A stretch of 64,000 nucleotides of DNA from positions 3,072,001-3,136,000 of the forward strand of contig OY762069.1 of NCBI GenBank assembly GCA_963665095.1. The letters run 5' to 3'. The DNA comes from an uncultured Desulfobacter sp. (lineage in GTDB: Bacteria; Desulfobacterota; Desulfobacteria; Desulfobacterales; Desulfobacteraceae). This document shows positions 52,160 to 63,164 of the stretch, piece by piece. Position numbers and translations under genes: made by a program. How positions within the stretch are numbered: the stretch's first letter is position 1; each line of letters starts with the position of its first letter. A model generated the notes under the pieces. That model saw only the letters and a list, made by a program, of their open reading frames with translations. It made no database searches and was not told the origin of the DNA.

Positions 52160-54160
52160 ATGACCCCCAGTGACATCTCAGGCCTTTCAAGACTGGACCT
52201 TAACTTATGGAAGGAATACCTGGACATTGCCCAGGAGTTCTGGCTGCCACAGACGCTTAAAAGCCGGACACGGTTTATTCTGCTTTTGTGCCTGCTCATG
52301 GCCTTTGTGGCCTCTTTGCTCTTTTTTGTCGTTGCGGCCACCACAGGGCTGACCCACAGCCTGGTTCCGGAATTTGTCGCCAAAACAGCACCCGGGCTCA
52401 CAAACTGGATCAACGGCATTATCCACTCCCCGATGCTCTATTATCTTGTTGCAGGGTTTGTTGTGCCGGTTCTGGTATTTGGCATTTATTCCAAACGACT
52501 CAAAGGCTTTATGCTGCCCTGGGCCATCCTTGGGGTGCTGCTGCTGTTATCCTTTACCGTCAGCGGGCTGAATGTGGTGCTAAGTTACGTGGGCCGATTT
52601 TTCCAGACAGCGCTTGCCCAGAAAGACCAGCCTACCTTCTGGCGGTTTTTATATGTCTATGCCTCGGTATTTATCATAGGGACCCCCATTGTGGTTGTTT
52701 ACTCCTATATCCGCAAAAAACTGGGACTGTTCTGGCGGGAGTGGATCACCACAAACTTCATTGACAACTATCTTAAAAACCGGGCCTATTATGCCCTGAC
52801 CACCAGTCGGGAAATTGACAACCCGGACCAGCGTCTGGCCGAAGATTTAAGACAATTCACTGTCACCAGCTTGAGTTTTCTTCTCATTATCCTGGGCGCC
52901 ATTATTGACCTTGTAGCCTTTACCGGCATTCTGTGGTCCATCTCCCGGCTTTTATCCGGCATTCTTTTTGTCTATGCCTTTTGTGGCACCCTGATCACCA
53001 TATTCATCGGCAAACGCCTGGTGGGTCTCAATTACAACCAGCTACGCAAGGAGGCCGATTTCAGGTACGGCCTGATCCATATCCGGGACAATGCCGAATC
53101 CATTGCATTCTACCAGGGAGAAGAAGGTGAAAAAGCGCAGATCTTCAAACGGTTCAAAGAGGTATTAAAAAACTTTAACTTTCTCATCGGCTGGCAGCGG
53201 AACCTTGATTTTTTTACCACCGGCTACAATTACCTGGTGATTATCCTGCCGGCCATGATTGTGGCACCCATGTATTTTGCCGGCAAGGTGGAATTCGGTG
53301 AGATTTCCCAGGCCTCGTTTGCCTTTGGCCAGGTGCTGGGCGCCTTCTCCATTATTGTCCAGTATTTCGACAGCATCAGCGCCTTTGCTGCGGGCATCAA
53401 CCGTGTCTCCACTTTCAAGGAGCGCCTTTTCAGGGCATCCGGCTCAAAAGCTCCGGAAAACGGCTCCGGTCATACCCGCATCCAGCGAATCCAGAACGAG
53501 ACCATCCAGGTCCGGGATCTCACCCTGCAGACCCCTGATTACAAGCGCACCCTGATCCAGGACTTGACCCTTGACCTGGACAAGGGCGGCCGCATTCTGA
53601 TCATGGGCCACTCCGGCGCAGGGAAGAGCTCTTTACTGCGCGGAATTGCAGGACTGTGGGCCTCCGGCTCCGGCACCATTGAACATCCGCCGGCCAATAA
53701 AGTGATGTTTTTGCCCCAGAAACCCTATATGGTGCTGGGCAGCCTGCGGGAACAGCTCCAGTATCCCAGCGGCAGGCACCTGGACGACGACCAGATCAAA
53801 GAGGTCATGGATGCCGTCAACCTCACAGATCTCTACCGGAAAATGGAAAGTGCGGCCGGGGACAACTCATTCATAGACGCAGAAAACAACTGGGAAGAGA
53901 TGCTCTCCCAGGGAGAACAGCAGCGGCTGGCCTTTGCCAGACTTCTGGTCACAAAACCCGAGTTTGCCATCCTGGACGAAGCCACCTCAGCTTTGGACGT
54001 GGATAATGAAAAAGAATTATACAACACCCTGTCCAGGCTTGATATCACTTACATCAGTGTGGGTCACCGGCCCACATTAAAGGACTACCACGATAAAATC
54101 CTGTTCATACAGGAAGACGGCGGTTGGGAAATCCGGGACAGCTCTGGCAAATGTGATTAG
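52160..54160 (+). CDS. Fused ABC transporter (ABCD/YddA-like)
   Basis: DNPDQRL.ED, EADFR, GAGKSS, LSQGEQQR and LDEAT motifs. Confidence 0.88.
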   Translation: MTPSDISGLSRLDLNLWKEYLDIAQEFWLPQTLKSRTRFILLLCLLMAFVASLLFFVVAATTGLTHSLVPEFVAKTAPGLTNWINGIIHSPMLYYLVAGFVVPVLVFGIYSKRLKGFMLPWAILGVLLLLSFTVSGLNVVLSYVGRFFQTALAQKDQPTFWRFLYVYASVFIIGTPIVVVYSYIRKKLGLFWREWITTNFIDNYLKNRAYYALTTSREIDNPDQRLAEDLRQFTVTSLSFLLIILGAIIDLVAFTGILWSISRLLSGILFVYAFCGTLITIFIGKRLVGLNYNQLRKEADFRYGLIHIRDNAESIAFYQGEEGEKAQIFKRFKEVLKNFNFLIGWQRNLDFFTTGYNYLVIILPAMIVAPMYFAGKVEFGEISQASFAFGQVLGAFSIIVQYFDSISAFAAGINRVSTFKERLFRASGSKAPENGSGHTRIQRIQNETIQVRDLTLQTPDYKRTLIQDLTLDLDKGGRILIMGHSGAGKSSLLRGIAGLWASGSGTIEHPPANKVMFLPQKPYMVLGSLREQLQYPSGRHLDDDQIKEVMDAVNLTDLYRKMESAAGDNSFIDAENNWEEMLSQGEQQRLAFARLLVTKPEFAILDEATSALDVDNEKELYNTLSRLDITYISVGHRPTLKDYHDKILFIQEDGGWEIRDSSGKCD

Positions 54161-54197
54161 GATGGAGAATTACCAAAGTTTATTGTATAGATAGGTC

Positions 54198-54770
54198 ATG
54201 AACGATATTAAACGCTGCGGCTGGGTCACATCAGACCCTGTCTACATTCACTACCATGATACCGAATGGGGCGTTCCGGTGCATGATGACCGGAAAATTT
54301 TTGAATTCCTCATCCTGGAAGGGGCCCAGGCAGGGCTCTCCTGGCTCACCATTCTCAAACGCCGCCAGGGATATTGCAGGGCTTTCTGCGAATTTGATCC
54401 TGAAAAGGTGGCCCGGTTCACCGAAGCAGATATCCAGGAACGGCTTGGCGATCCGGGCATTATCAGGAACAAGCTCAAGGTGAGGGCTGCGGTCACCAAT
54501 GCCCGGGCTTTTTTAGATATCCAGGAGGAATTCGGATCCTTTGACGCCTATGCCTGGCGGTTTGTGGACGGAAGCCCTGTAATCAATCATTACACCACCC
54601 AGGACCAGGTACCGGCCACCTCCAGTCAGTCGGATGCATTCTCAAAGGATTTGAAGGGGCGCGGATTCAAATTTGCCGGATCCACAATTATTTACGCCCA
54701 CATGCAGGCCACGGGTATGGTCAATGACCATCTGGTCTCCTGTTTCAGATATCGGGAAGTCATGGTTTAA
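54198..54770 (+). CDS. tag: DNA-3-methyladenine glycosylase I
   Basis: RCGW, YHD.EWG, QAGLSW and NDHL..C motifs. Confidence 0.94.
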   Translation: MNDIKRCGWVTSDPVYIHYHDTEWGVPVHDDRKIFEFLILEGAQAGLSWLTILKRRQGYCRAFCEFDPEKVARFTEADIQERLGDPGIIRNKLKVRAAVTNARAFLDIQEEFGSFDAYAWRFVDGSPVINHYTTQDQVPATSSQSDAFSKDLKGRGFKFAGSTIIYAHMQATGMVNDHLVSCFRYREVMV

Positions 54771-54786
54771 AATAAGGGGAACTACA

Positions 54787-56355
54787 ATGATAATTGTCAC
54801 CACAAAACAGATGCAGCAGATGGATAAAAACACCATAGAGCAGTTCGGCATTCCGGGCCGGGTACTCATGGAAAATGCCGGCCGCGGCGCTCTTGAGATG
54901 ATCTGCGACCAGTTTGATCTTGAGGATGCCCGGGTGGCAGTGGTGGCAGGCAGGGGCAACAATGGCGGAGACGGATTTGTGATTGGCCGTTACCTTATGG
55001 AGATGGGTGTGCCTGTCAGCTTCTTTCTCTTGTCCGCCCAGGAGCGGGTTACGGGAGATGCCAGGGAGAATATGCTCCTGGTTCAGGCCCTTTTAGCTGA
55101 ACACCCAGACTCACAGTTTATCGAAATTATCGATCAGGAGTCACTCGAATCCGCCAGAAGCATCCTGGTCCATCACAACGTTTTTGTGGATGCAATTCTC
55201 GGCACAGGGCTCAATTCAGATGTGAAAGGGCTTTACCGTGACGTGATTGAACTGATCAATCACGCCGGAGCCGCAGGCAGCGCTGTATTCAGTGTGGACA
55301 TTGCCTCCGGGCTCAATGCAGACACCGGCAGGGTGTGCGGAACCGCCATCCAGGCAGATGCCACTGCCACCTTTGCCTTTGCCAAGGCCGGCCATATTCT
55401 TTATCCGGGCAACTTTCACACTGGCGCACTGGAGGTCATTGACATTGGAATCCCGGGACACATCGCAAAGGCGGAACACCCGGACATCTTTCTGCCGGAA
55501 CCTGAAGATATTGCCCGGCTGATCCCGGACCGGCAATACAATGACCATAAGGGATGTTTCGGCCACCTGCTGGTGCTGGCAGGATCCCCTGGAAAAACAG
55601 GTGCTGCCGCCCTTTGCGCCAACGCTGCCATGCGCACCGGCGCAGGACTTGTCACTTTGGGCTGCCCGAACAGGCTGATGCCGGTGCTGGAATCCATGGT
55701 GGTGGAACCCATGACAGCCGGACTGGCCGATAATAGTGATGGCAGCCTGGATACCTCAGGCCTGGACGATATCATCGCGCTCATGGAGGACAAATCCGCC
55801 CTGGCTGTGGGTCCCGGCATGGGCACCGCACTTGGCACCTGTGAACTGGTCAAAAGTCTTCTGGCCATTGACAGCCTCCCCATGGTCATTGATGCCGACG
55901 GCCTGAACTGTATTGCAAAGGATCCCGGAATTCTTGCCACAGCCCAGGCACCGGTGATCCTGACCCCCCACCCCGGTGAAATGGCAAGACTCACCGGCCT
56001 GAGCACCTCAGAAATTCAGAACAACCGATTGCAGACAGCCAGAAAATTTGCACAAAAGCACAAGATTATCTGTGTGCTGAAAGGGGCCCAGACCCTGGTG
56101 GCCTGTCCGGACGGCGTGGTTTTTATCTGCCCGACCGGCAATCCCGGCATGGCCAGCGGCGGCATGGGGGATGTGCTTACCGGCATGATCGCAGCCTTCC
56201 TGGCCCAGGGACTTGAGCCGGAATCCGCCGCCCTGGCCGGTGCATATATCCACGGTTTCTGCGCTGACCTGCTGGCCGAAGACCATACCTTTGGATTTCT
56301 GGCCACGGACATGGTCGCCCATATCCCGGATGCACTGACCGCACTTTTGTCATGA
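54787..56355 (+). CDS. nnr: Bifunctional NAD(P)HX epimerase/dehydratase
   Basis: LMENAG, GNNGGDG, TPHPGE and GGMGDVL motifs. Confidence 0.92.
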   Translation: MIIVTTKQMQQMDKNTIEQFGIPGRVLMENAGRGALEMICDQFDLEDARVAVVAGRGNNGGDGFVIGRYLMEMGVPVSFFLLSAQERVTGDARENMLLVQALLAEHPDSQFIEIIDQESLESARSILVHHNVFVDAILGTGLNSDVKGLYRDVIELINHAGAAGSAVFSVDIASGLNADTGRVCGTAIQADATATFAFAKAGHILYPGNFHTGALEVIDIGIPGHIAKAEHPDIFLPEPEDIARLIPDRQYNDHKGCFGHLLVLAGSPGKTGAAALCANAAMRTGAGLVTLGCPNRLMPVLESMVVEPMTAGLADNSDGSLDTSGLDDIIALMEDKSALAVGPGMGTALGTCELVKSLLAIDSLPMVIDADGLNCIAKDPGILATAQAPVILTPHPGEMARLTGLSTSEIQNNRLQTARKFAQKHKIICVLKGAQTLVACPDGVVFICPTGNPGMASGGMGDVLTGMIAAFLAQGLEPESAALAGAYIHGFCADLLAEDHTFGFLATDMVAHIPDALTALLS

Positions 56356-56825
56356 CCTCGATCATATCTTTTTCTCCGGAACAGACCCAGGCGCTGGGTC
56401 AACGCCTGGGAGACGGCATCCAGGCGTCAGGCAATGGTTTTTCCATATCCCTGACAGGGGATCTTGGCACCGGAAAAACCTGCTTTGTCCAGGGCCTTGC
56501 CAAAGGGCTGGGCGTGGAAGAAGGCTTTTACATCACCAGCCCCACCTTCACCATCATGAATGAATATCCGGCCGGCACCCTTCGGCTGTGCCATCTGGAC
56601 CTCTACCGGCTGGGTGATGCGGACGAGCTCGACTATATCGGCATCGAAGACCGGATAGGGTCTGATGCCGTGACAGTTGTGGAGTGGCCCGACCTGCTCA
56701 TTGACACAGGGTTTGAATTTGATCTGGATATACATTTTTCCTATGATGACGACTTTAACAGAAAAATAACATTTTCCCCATCTGGACAATCAGGTCTAAA
56801 TCTGCTAAGCAACATTTCTTTATAA
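56352..56825 (+). CDS. tsaE: tRNA t6A biosynthesis ATPase
   Basis: GDLGTGKT, SPTF, HLDLYRL and VEW motifs. Confidence 0.93.
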   Translation: MTSIISFSPEQTQALGQRLGDGIQASGNGFSISLTGDLGTGKTCFVQGLAKGLGVEEGFYITSPTFTIMNEYPAGTLRLCHLDLYRLGDADELDYIGIEDRIGSDAVTVVEWPDLLIDTGFEFDLDIHFSYDDDFNRKITFSPSGQSGLNLLSNISL

Positions 56826-56867
56826 TTATATTTTTATTAACAAAAGCTAAGATTCAGGAGCATATAT

Positions 56868-58085
56868 ATGCCGTTACGGGTACAAAAATACGGCGGCACA
56901 TCAGTGGCGGATCTGGAACGGATCTCCAAAGTGGCCGACCGGGTCCAGAAAGCCCATGACAAAGGAGACCAGATCGTGGTGGTCCTTTCTGCCATGGCCG
57001 GTGTGACCGACAAACTCATAGGTCTTGCCAAACAGGCCTCAAAACGTCCGGATAAACGGGAACTTGACGTACTGCTGGCCACAGGGGAGCAGACCACAGC
57101 CGCACTGCTTGCCATGATGCTCAAGGACAGAGGGTATAAAGCCAAATCTTTCCTGGGGTTCCAGGCCGGCATTCACACAGACCACATGTCCGGCAAAGCA
57201 AGAATCATGGACATTGACAACCATAATGTGCGTGACGCCATTGATGAAGGCAACATTGTTGTGGTGGCCGGATTCCAGGGTGCAGACGACCACGGGGACA
57301 TCACCACCCTTGGCCGGGGCGGATCCGACACCTCGGCTGTTGCCATTGCCGCATCCCTGAGTGCGGATGTCTGTGAAATATATACGGATGTGGACGGCGT
57401 TTACACCACAGACCCCCGGATCTGCCCGGATGCCAGGAAAATAGATATCATCTCATTTGAAGAGATGCTTGAAATGGCCGTTCTCGGGGCCAAAGTGCTT
57501 CAGATCAGGTCTGTGGAATTTGCAAAGAAATATAATGTACCCATCCATGTCCGGTCATCATTTAATGAGGAGGAAGGAACCTTGGTTGTCAACGAAGAAG
57601 CAAATATGGAAAGCCCGGTGGTGTCCGGCATCACCTGCGATATGAACGAAGCAAGAATCACGCTGAAACGCGTACCTGACCAGCCCGGGATCTCTGCTAA
57701 AATATTTGGTCCCCTGGCAGAAGCCGGCATCTCCGTGGACATGATCATCCAGAACACCCGGACCGGCGGCGAAACAGACCTGACCTTCACCGTCACCAAG
57801 GATGATTTTTTAAGGGCACGGGAAATTTCAGAAACAGTGGCAAAAGAGGTGGGGGCCGAAGAGATCAAAACTGCCGATGAAATTGCCAAGGTTTCTGTCA
57901 TCGGGCTTGGAATGAAAAGCCATTCCGGCGTGGCAGCGGTCATGTTCAAGGCCCTGGCAGAAGAAAATATCAATATCCGTCTGATTTCAACCTCTGAGAT
58001 CCGTATCTCCTGCGTGATTCTGGCCAAGTATGCGGAACTTGCAGTCCGGGCACTTCATAAAGCATTCGGATTAGACGGGAAATAA
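56868..58085 (+). CDS. lysC: Aspartate kinase
   Basis: KYGGTSV and TLGRGGSD motifs; two ACT domains. Confidence 0.95.
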   Translation: MPLRVQKYGGTSVADLERISKVADRVQKAHDKGDQIVVVLSAMAGVTDKLIGLAKQASKRPDKRELDVLLATGEQTTAALLAMMLKDRGYKAKSFLGFQAGIHTDHMSGKARIMDIDNHNVRDAIDEGNIVVVAGFQGADDHGDITTLGRGGSDTSAVAIAASLSADVCEIYTDVDGVYTTDPRICPDARKIDIISFEEMLEMAVLGAKVLQIRSVEFAKKYNVPIHVRSSFNEEEGTLVVNEEANMESPVVSGITCDMNEARITLKRVPDQPGISAKIFGPLAEAGISVDMIIQNTRTGGETDLTFTVTKDDFLRAREISETVAKEVGAEEIKTADEIAKVSVIGLGMKSHSGVAAVMFKALAEENINIRLISTSEIRISCVILAKYAELAVRALHKAFGLDGK

Positions 58086-58799
58086 CCCTTTTTCTATTTC
58101 TTGTGCGACCTTGTCAGCAGCTTTGGCCGGATCGTCGGCATCCCGGATGGGCCGGCCAATAACAATATAATCGGAACCAGCCGCCACTGCCTGAGCCGGT
58201 GTGGTTACCCGCTTCTGATCATCATTGGGCGACAGGTGCCACTCGGGGCGGATACCCGGGGTTACGGTCAGACAGCTTTTACCAAGATTTTCTTTGAGCA
58301 GGGCGGTCTCCCTGCCTGAACAGACCACACCCGCACACCCGGCAGCCATGGCCATGCGGGCCCGCAGCAGCACCAGGTCATCCGGGGCATCCACATATTC
58401 CTGCCTGAAGCCCTGGGCCTTTACCGCCTCCGCATCATTATCCGTGAGCAGGGTCACCCCAAGCACTTTGACGTTTCCGGCATTTTGAACCGCTGATTCA
58501 AGCATCTGCACCGAAGAAGCGCAGTGGACGGTAACCAGGTCCACCCCCAGCGCTGCCACCCGGGCCATGGCCCGGCCAACCGTGGCACTGATGTCATGCA
58601 GTTTCAAATCCAGAAAAATCCCGGCAGAGGAACGTTTCCTGACCATATCCACCACAGACGGCCCCTGCTCAATAAACAGTTCAAGTCCGATTTTAAACAT
58701 GCCCACATGACCGTCCAGCTGTTCTATGTGGGAAGCTGCCGCCTCCATGGAGGGGAAATCCAGAGGGAAAATAATATAATCACTTGCTCTTTTCTGCAT
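58071..58799 (-). CDS. pyrF: Orotidine-5'-phosphate decarboxylase
   Basis: DLKLHDI, TPGIR and IGRPI motifs. Confidence 0.95.
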   Translation of the reverse strand: MQKRASDYIIFPLDFPSMEAAASHIEQLDGHVGMFKIGLELFIEQGPSVVDMVRKRSSAGIFLDLKLHDISATVGRAMARVAALGVDLVTVHCASSVQMLESAVQNAGNVKVLGVTLLTDNDAEAVKAQGFRQEYVDAPDDLVLLRARMAMAAGCAGVVCSGRETALLKENLGKSCLTVTPGIRPEWHLSPNDDQKRVTTPAQAVAAGSDYIVIGRPIRDADDPAKAADKVAQEIEKGLFPV

Positions 58800-58906
58800 G
58801 GTCTGCCTTTTATAACATGGTATACATCAAACACCGGTAACAGTTTTTACGAACATATCACAAACCAGCTTTGTTTTCCGTAAAAAGTTCTTGAAGGAGA
58901 TTAGGT

Positions 58907-59518
58907 ATGACCAATAACTACCACCGGCTCATAAAACAAAACCTTGCCACCCTTTTTGCATCCCTTCCCAACGATCTTGACCAGCGAATTTCCGCCTGCA
59001 GGGAGAATGACCGTTTTGCATTAAATGCCTTTGGCCGCAGATGTATTATCAGCCCTGACACCATCACTTTCATCCCTGAGCAGCCGGATACAGATGCCAT
59101 CACCGGCCTGCTGGTTTCCCTGTATGCCCTGAACGCCTCGGATGCACCTGTCTGTCTGACCCCGCTGAAAGCATTCAAGGAATTTCCCAACTCCATGCCA
59201 TATGCCGGGGCCTTTACCACTCACACGGAACAGCTTTTAGTGGAGCATGTTGCTGATATCAAGACCCGGATTCCTGCCATCATGGAGGTGCTGAACGGAC
59301 AGGCTGCACCAGCCGGTACTAACGGAGATTTCTCCTTTGTGGTCTATCCCCTGCCTAAAATCGCTTTATGCTATATTTTTTATGAGGCAGACCCGGACTT
59401 TCCTGCCGGTGTAACCAGCCTGTTTTCAGGCAATGCAGACCAGTTCATGCCCATTGACGGCCTGGCTGATGTGGGAGAATATACTTCCCGGCGCATCATT
59501 GATATTCTAATAAATTAG
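58907..59518 (+). CDS. DUF3786-family protein
   Basis: FKEFP...Y..AF and PLPK......EAD.DFP motifs. Confidence 0.7.
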   Translation: MTNNYHRLIKQNLATLFASLPNDLDQRISACRENDRFALNAFGRRCIISPDTITFIPEQPDTDAITGLLVSLYALNASDAPVCLTPLKAFKEFPNSMPYAGAFTTHTEQLLVEHVADIKTRIPAIMEVLNGQAAPAGTNGDFSFVVYPLPKIALCYIFYEADPDFPAGVTSLFSGNADQFMPIDGLADVGEYTSRRIIDILIN

Positions 59519-59907
59519 TGGACAGATAACCTGGTATCTTGGTGGCATTAAATTTTTGAATTGATTATTTATGCGTTTTTATGGTAACAAAATTGGTATC
59601 ATTGTCTCCCGGCAGCTTATTAATTTTTTAAGATGCATTCTTACAGGAATTATAAAAGTATATAATCAGGTCCGGATTCAATATGAAATCCGTTCCTGCC
59701 TGCTGGTGGTTCAGACTGAAGGATACCAGCTGTTTCGCGGATTCAAAAGAACCCGTGGACCAGGTTTTCCGGCTACAGGAAAGAAAAATGCCATGGGGAC
59801 GGAATATGTTAAAGCTGATTTATGTTTTTAAACTTCTTTGTTTTTGATGACTCCACTGGCACAGAAATCTGCACGGCAGGTGCCATTAAGAAACGGAAGG
59901 GAACTCA

Positions 59908-60960
59908 ATGTTAAAAAACTTATATCCTGATTCCCTGGAGACAACGGGAAGATACCTGCGGATGATCCTCAAGGAAATCGCGGAACTAAAACTTCCTTAC
60001 AATCCAATTGTGTATTCGGTCTGGTATGAATATATATCCGGCCGGAACCCGGAGCTGAATCAGGAAATCCAGGCAGCAAAGAATAAAAAGGAACTGATTG
60101 ACTTTCCCAAGGTGCTGGACTGGTTCAGACACCATGTATCTGATCGCCAGCTTTTAATCACCGAAGAAAAGACCATTAAGGCCGGCACCCTGCTTGACGG
60201 TGTGACCAGCCATCTGTCAAAAACAGGCAGCCAGATGAATGAACAGGGTGAATTGCTCAAAGCCCATACCTCCCGGCTTGAACACGCCTCATCTGAAGAT
60301 GACTTTAAAAATATTTCCCGGGACATAGTATCGGAAACCCAGCGAATCCTTGACGGTAATACCGCACTGAAAAATGACGTGCACAATACCATCAGTGAAC
60401 TGGACGCCCTGAAAAAGGAACTTAAAAATTTAAGGGAAGCGGCAAAAACAGATATGCTTACGGGTCTTTTAAACCGCAGAGGTTTTGAAGACACCATTGC
60501 AGAGCCCATGAAGACAGCCCAGGAAGAGACAGCTCCCCTGACCCTGATCATTGCGGACATTGACCTGTTTAAGCGGATAAACGACACCTATGGGCATCTC
60601 ACCGGTGACAATGTGCTTAAACTAATTGCCAAGCTCCTGCAAAAACATATCAAGGGCAAGGATGTTGCCGGCAGGTTCGGCGGGGAAGAATTTATCATGG
60701 TCCTGCCTGAAACCAAGCTGGACGGTGGCTTTGTCCTGGCCGAACAGATCCGCACAAGTCTTGAAAAAATGCGGTGGCAGTCAAAAAGCTCAGGCAAGGA
60801 CATCGGTACCATTACCATCTCCTTAGGCGTTGCCCAGTTTGCGCCGGGCGAAGACCTGAACGCCCTGATCCAGAGAGCGGATAAGGCCCTTTACGCGGCC
60901 AAGGAAAACGGCCGTAACCGTACCGGCACCCATAACGGCAAGGAGGTGGTTCTTCCGTGA
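59908..60960 (+). CDS. Diguanylate cyclase
   Basis: D.LTGLLNRR, DIDLFK.IND.YGH and GGEEF motifs. Confidence 0.92.
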   Translation: MLKNLYPDSLETTGRYLRMILKEIAELKLPYNPIVYSVWYEYISGRNPELNQEIQAAKNKKELIDFPKVLDWFRHHVSDRQLLITEEKTIKAGTLLDGVTSHLSKTGSQMNEQGELLKAHTSRLEHASSEDDFKNISRDIVSETQRILDGNTALKNDVHNTISELDALKKELKNLREAAKTDMLTGLLNRRGFEDTIAEPMKTAQEETAPLTLIIADIDLFKRINDTYGHLTGDNVLKLIAKLLQKHIKGKDVAGRFGGEEFIMVLPETKLDGGFVLAEQIRTSLEKMRWQSKSSGKDIGTITISLGVAQFAPGEDLNALIQRADKALYAAKENGRNRTGTHNGKEVVLP

Positions 60961-61442
60961 AAAAGGGTCGATACACCCTGACAATGCTGGTTGAAAACGA
61001 GCCCGGTGTGACCGCCAGAATCACCGGGCTTTTTGCCGGCAGGGGATACAATATTGAAACCATCTGCGGTGCGCCCACAGCCAATCCCAAAATGTCCAGG
61101 ATCACCATTACCACCCATACCAGCCCTGACATGCTGGAACAGTGTAAAAAGCAGATCAAACGCCTGGTCAATGTGATCAAGCTGCGGGACATGACAGGCG
61201 AAAAAGCCGTTAAACGGGAAATGGCCCTGGTCTGCGTCAAGGCATTGCCCGAGCATCAGGATGCTGTGAAAACCCTGATCCGGGAATTTAACGGCACCAT
61301 GCTGGATGACAGCACCAGCCATTTTATATTTGAAGTCTGCGGGGATGAAGACACTATAGATGTGCTTCTGGAAAAGCTGTCACCCTTTGGCATTAAAAAG
61401 CTTGCCCGGTCTGGTGTTCTGGCGCTCTACCGGGAATCATAG
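60957..61442 (+). CDS. ilvN: Acetolactate synthase small subunit
   Basis: VENEPGV.ARI.GLF..RGYNI motif; GTG start overlapping the cyclase stop. Confidence 0.88.
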   Translation: MKKGRYTLTMLVENEPGVTARITGLFAGRGYNIETICGAPTANPKMSRITITTHTSPDMLEQCKKQIKRLVNVIKLRDMTGEKAVKREMALVCVKALPEHQDAVKTLIREFNGTMLDDSTSHFIFEVCGDEDTIDVLLEKLSPFGIKKLARSGVLALYRES

Positions 61443-62848
61443 GCCCTCTTTTGCATCCAGCCTTTGTTTAAAAAGCCCCATTTAAGCTGCCGCCGCTGTC
61501 CAATGCGCTTTCCAGACTGAGTTTCCATATTTAGAATCTTACGAATTGCTTTCTGCATGTCACGAATCTGCTTTATCATCTCCTCCAGGGGATTTTCAAT
61601 GTCATCCACGAAGCCCAGCCAGTCCGACGCCTTTTCCACTGCTGAATCCGGCAGCGGGGCTGTCCCGGTGATGACACGCTCATTGAACAGGCCGGTCTCG
61701 GCATCTGGACCTTCTGTTTCTTCAATGGACCGGGCAGCCAGATCAATCTGCTGAATCATGCCCACATTGCCGTTCTCAAATAGAAATACCCCGGACTGCT
61801 GCACCTGGCCCTGAAGTGTATTGTCCGCCCCGGTCAACTCAAATCCGGTCTGGGCACTGCCAAGATAAATGGCCCCGATACCGGCATCAGCCAGTGTAGT
61901 GAGCACATCATTACCGGCCTCATCTTTTGTCCAGACAGAAAGTTTGGAAAACACATCATCATTTTCGTCAATCCAGCCATTGCCATCCAGGTCATAAACC
62001 CCGAGCTCCCCGAATCCGTTGCCTGTTCCCGGGCCAAATAACTCAGACCCGTCATTGATGACACCGTCACTGTTTTTATCAAAGCTTAAAAAGCCTGAAC
62101 CGGATGCGGCAAAGCTGATCTCTTCTGTGGTCCCGTCATTATCCAGATCAAACTCAAACCGGATGTCGCCCAGTTCAGGAACTGTGCCGTCCAGACTGAT
62201 CATTAGCGGATCAATCAGGGCCATCTGCTCCTGCCAGCTCTGAATCACGGCATGCTCGGCCGTGGTGGTCAGCGTGGACCTGTCCATGGCCAGATCCAGG
62301 GAAAAATCAATGATGCGTCCATCTTCGGTCATAACCTGACCGGCAGAAGAGAAGGTCATCTGCTCCTGTTCATAATGGCTGGTTGTCCGGTCCAGTGTAA
62401 TGGTGGAGATATTGGAATTTTTTTGGAAACCAGACACCGTAACCCCGGTATCTGCATCTGAAAAGCCCTGCCGGATCTCAGCATACTGATCCAGGATCCG
62501 GGCCGACACCCGGGTACCCGTCACCGAACTGACCAGCTTTTCCACCACCTCTTCCTGGGAAAACATTGAGATCGGCTCTCCGTCAACCGTGGATACCCGG
62601 GACTCTGATGAAATCCCGTGACTGTATTCACTGCGGGTTTCTGCCAGCGCTGTGGCTGAAATAGAGACCTGGTCGGCCCAGACCAGAGGAATGCCGCCGG
62701 AACTGTCAGCCAGGCCGGAACCGTTGTTTAAAGTTAACGCCGTACTGTTTTTTGACAGGGTTCTTGACGAGGTTTCCTCCTGGAGCAGATCCTTTTCCTC
62801 AAAATTATAGTACGATGACAAACTTACATAACTTTGTAATATTTTCAT
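61427..62848 (-). CDS. Conserved hypothetical acidic protein with DxDxDG Ca-binding-like motifs
   Basis: DPLMISLDG, FDLDNDG, DKNSDG.INDGSELFG and DLDGNGWIDE motifs; sigma-28 promoter upstream. Confidence 0.7.
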   Translation of the reverse strand: MKILQSYVSLSSYYNFEEKDLLQEETSSRTLSKNSTALTLNNGSGLADSSGGIPLVWADQVSISATALAETRSEYSHGISSESRVSTVDGEPISMFSQEEVVEKLVSSVTGTRVSARILDQYAEIRQGFSDADTGVTVSGFQKNSNISTITLDRTTSHYEQEQMTFSSAGQVMTEDGRIIDFSLDLAMDRSTLTTTAEHAVIQSWQEQMALIDPLMISLDGTVPELGDIRFEFDLDNDGTTEEISFAASGSGFLSFDKNSDGVINDGSELFGPGTGNGFGELGVYDLDGNGWIDENDDVFSKLSVWTKDEAGNDVLTTLADAGIGAIYLGSAQTGFELTGADNTLQGQVQQSGVFLFENGNVGMIQQIDLAARSIEETEGPDAETGLFNERVITGTAPLPDSAVEKASDWLGFVDDIENPLEEMIKQIRDMQKAIRKILNMETQSGKRIGQRRQLKWGFLNKGWMQKRAYDSR

Positions 62849-62904
62849 GACGCCCTCCCTGGCCTGCACGAATTATCAGAACTAATTCATCTGGATATAA
62901 TTAT

Positions 62905-62932
62905 CTATCGGCATTACCCTCCAGATTATTTA
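62905..62932 (-). promoter_or_regulatory. Sigma-28 promoter
   Basis: Minus strand TAAA-N16-GCCGATAG upstream of ORF 62848. Confidence 0.7.
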
Positions 62933-63076
62933 GTGTTTGAACGAAAAGGCACCCATCTGTGGCGTTGCAGAAAAATTGAAAATCCTCACAACCCACAGGT
63001 TGCTCCGGTTTTCAATTTTTCTGCGCCTTGCATATGGGCACCTTTTTGTTCAAACACGGGGTTTTCGTTCAGGCAC
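62933..63076. mobile_element. 144-bp MITE-like palindromic element
   Basis: Terminal inverted repeats GTGTTTGAACGAAAA / TTTTCGTTCAGGCAC (13/15 match); flanking TATTTA direct repeats (62927-62932, 63077-63082); long internal hairpin. Confidence 0.75.
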
Positions 63077-63164
63077 TATTTAATATCGCCTGATAAGGCT
63101 TGAATCCTTTAATGAATTAATGATAATTAAGACTATTTTAATAAAATCACTGCTTGCATAATTA

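Noticed and set aside
59571..59831. 86-aa ORF or riboswitch in the intergenic region upstream of the GGDEF gene
   Set aside because: No RBS or protein motif, and no recognisable c-di-GMP riboswitch consensus.
59856..59886. Possible sigma-54 promoter TGGCACAGAAATCTGCA before the diguanylate cyclase
   Set aside because: GG-to-GC spacing is 11 rather than the required 10.
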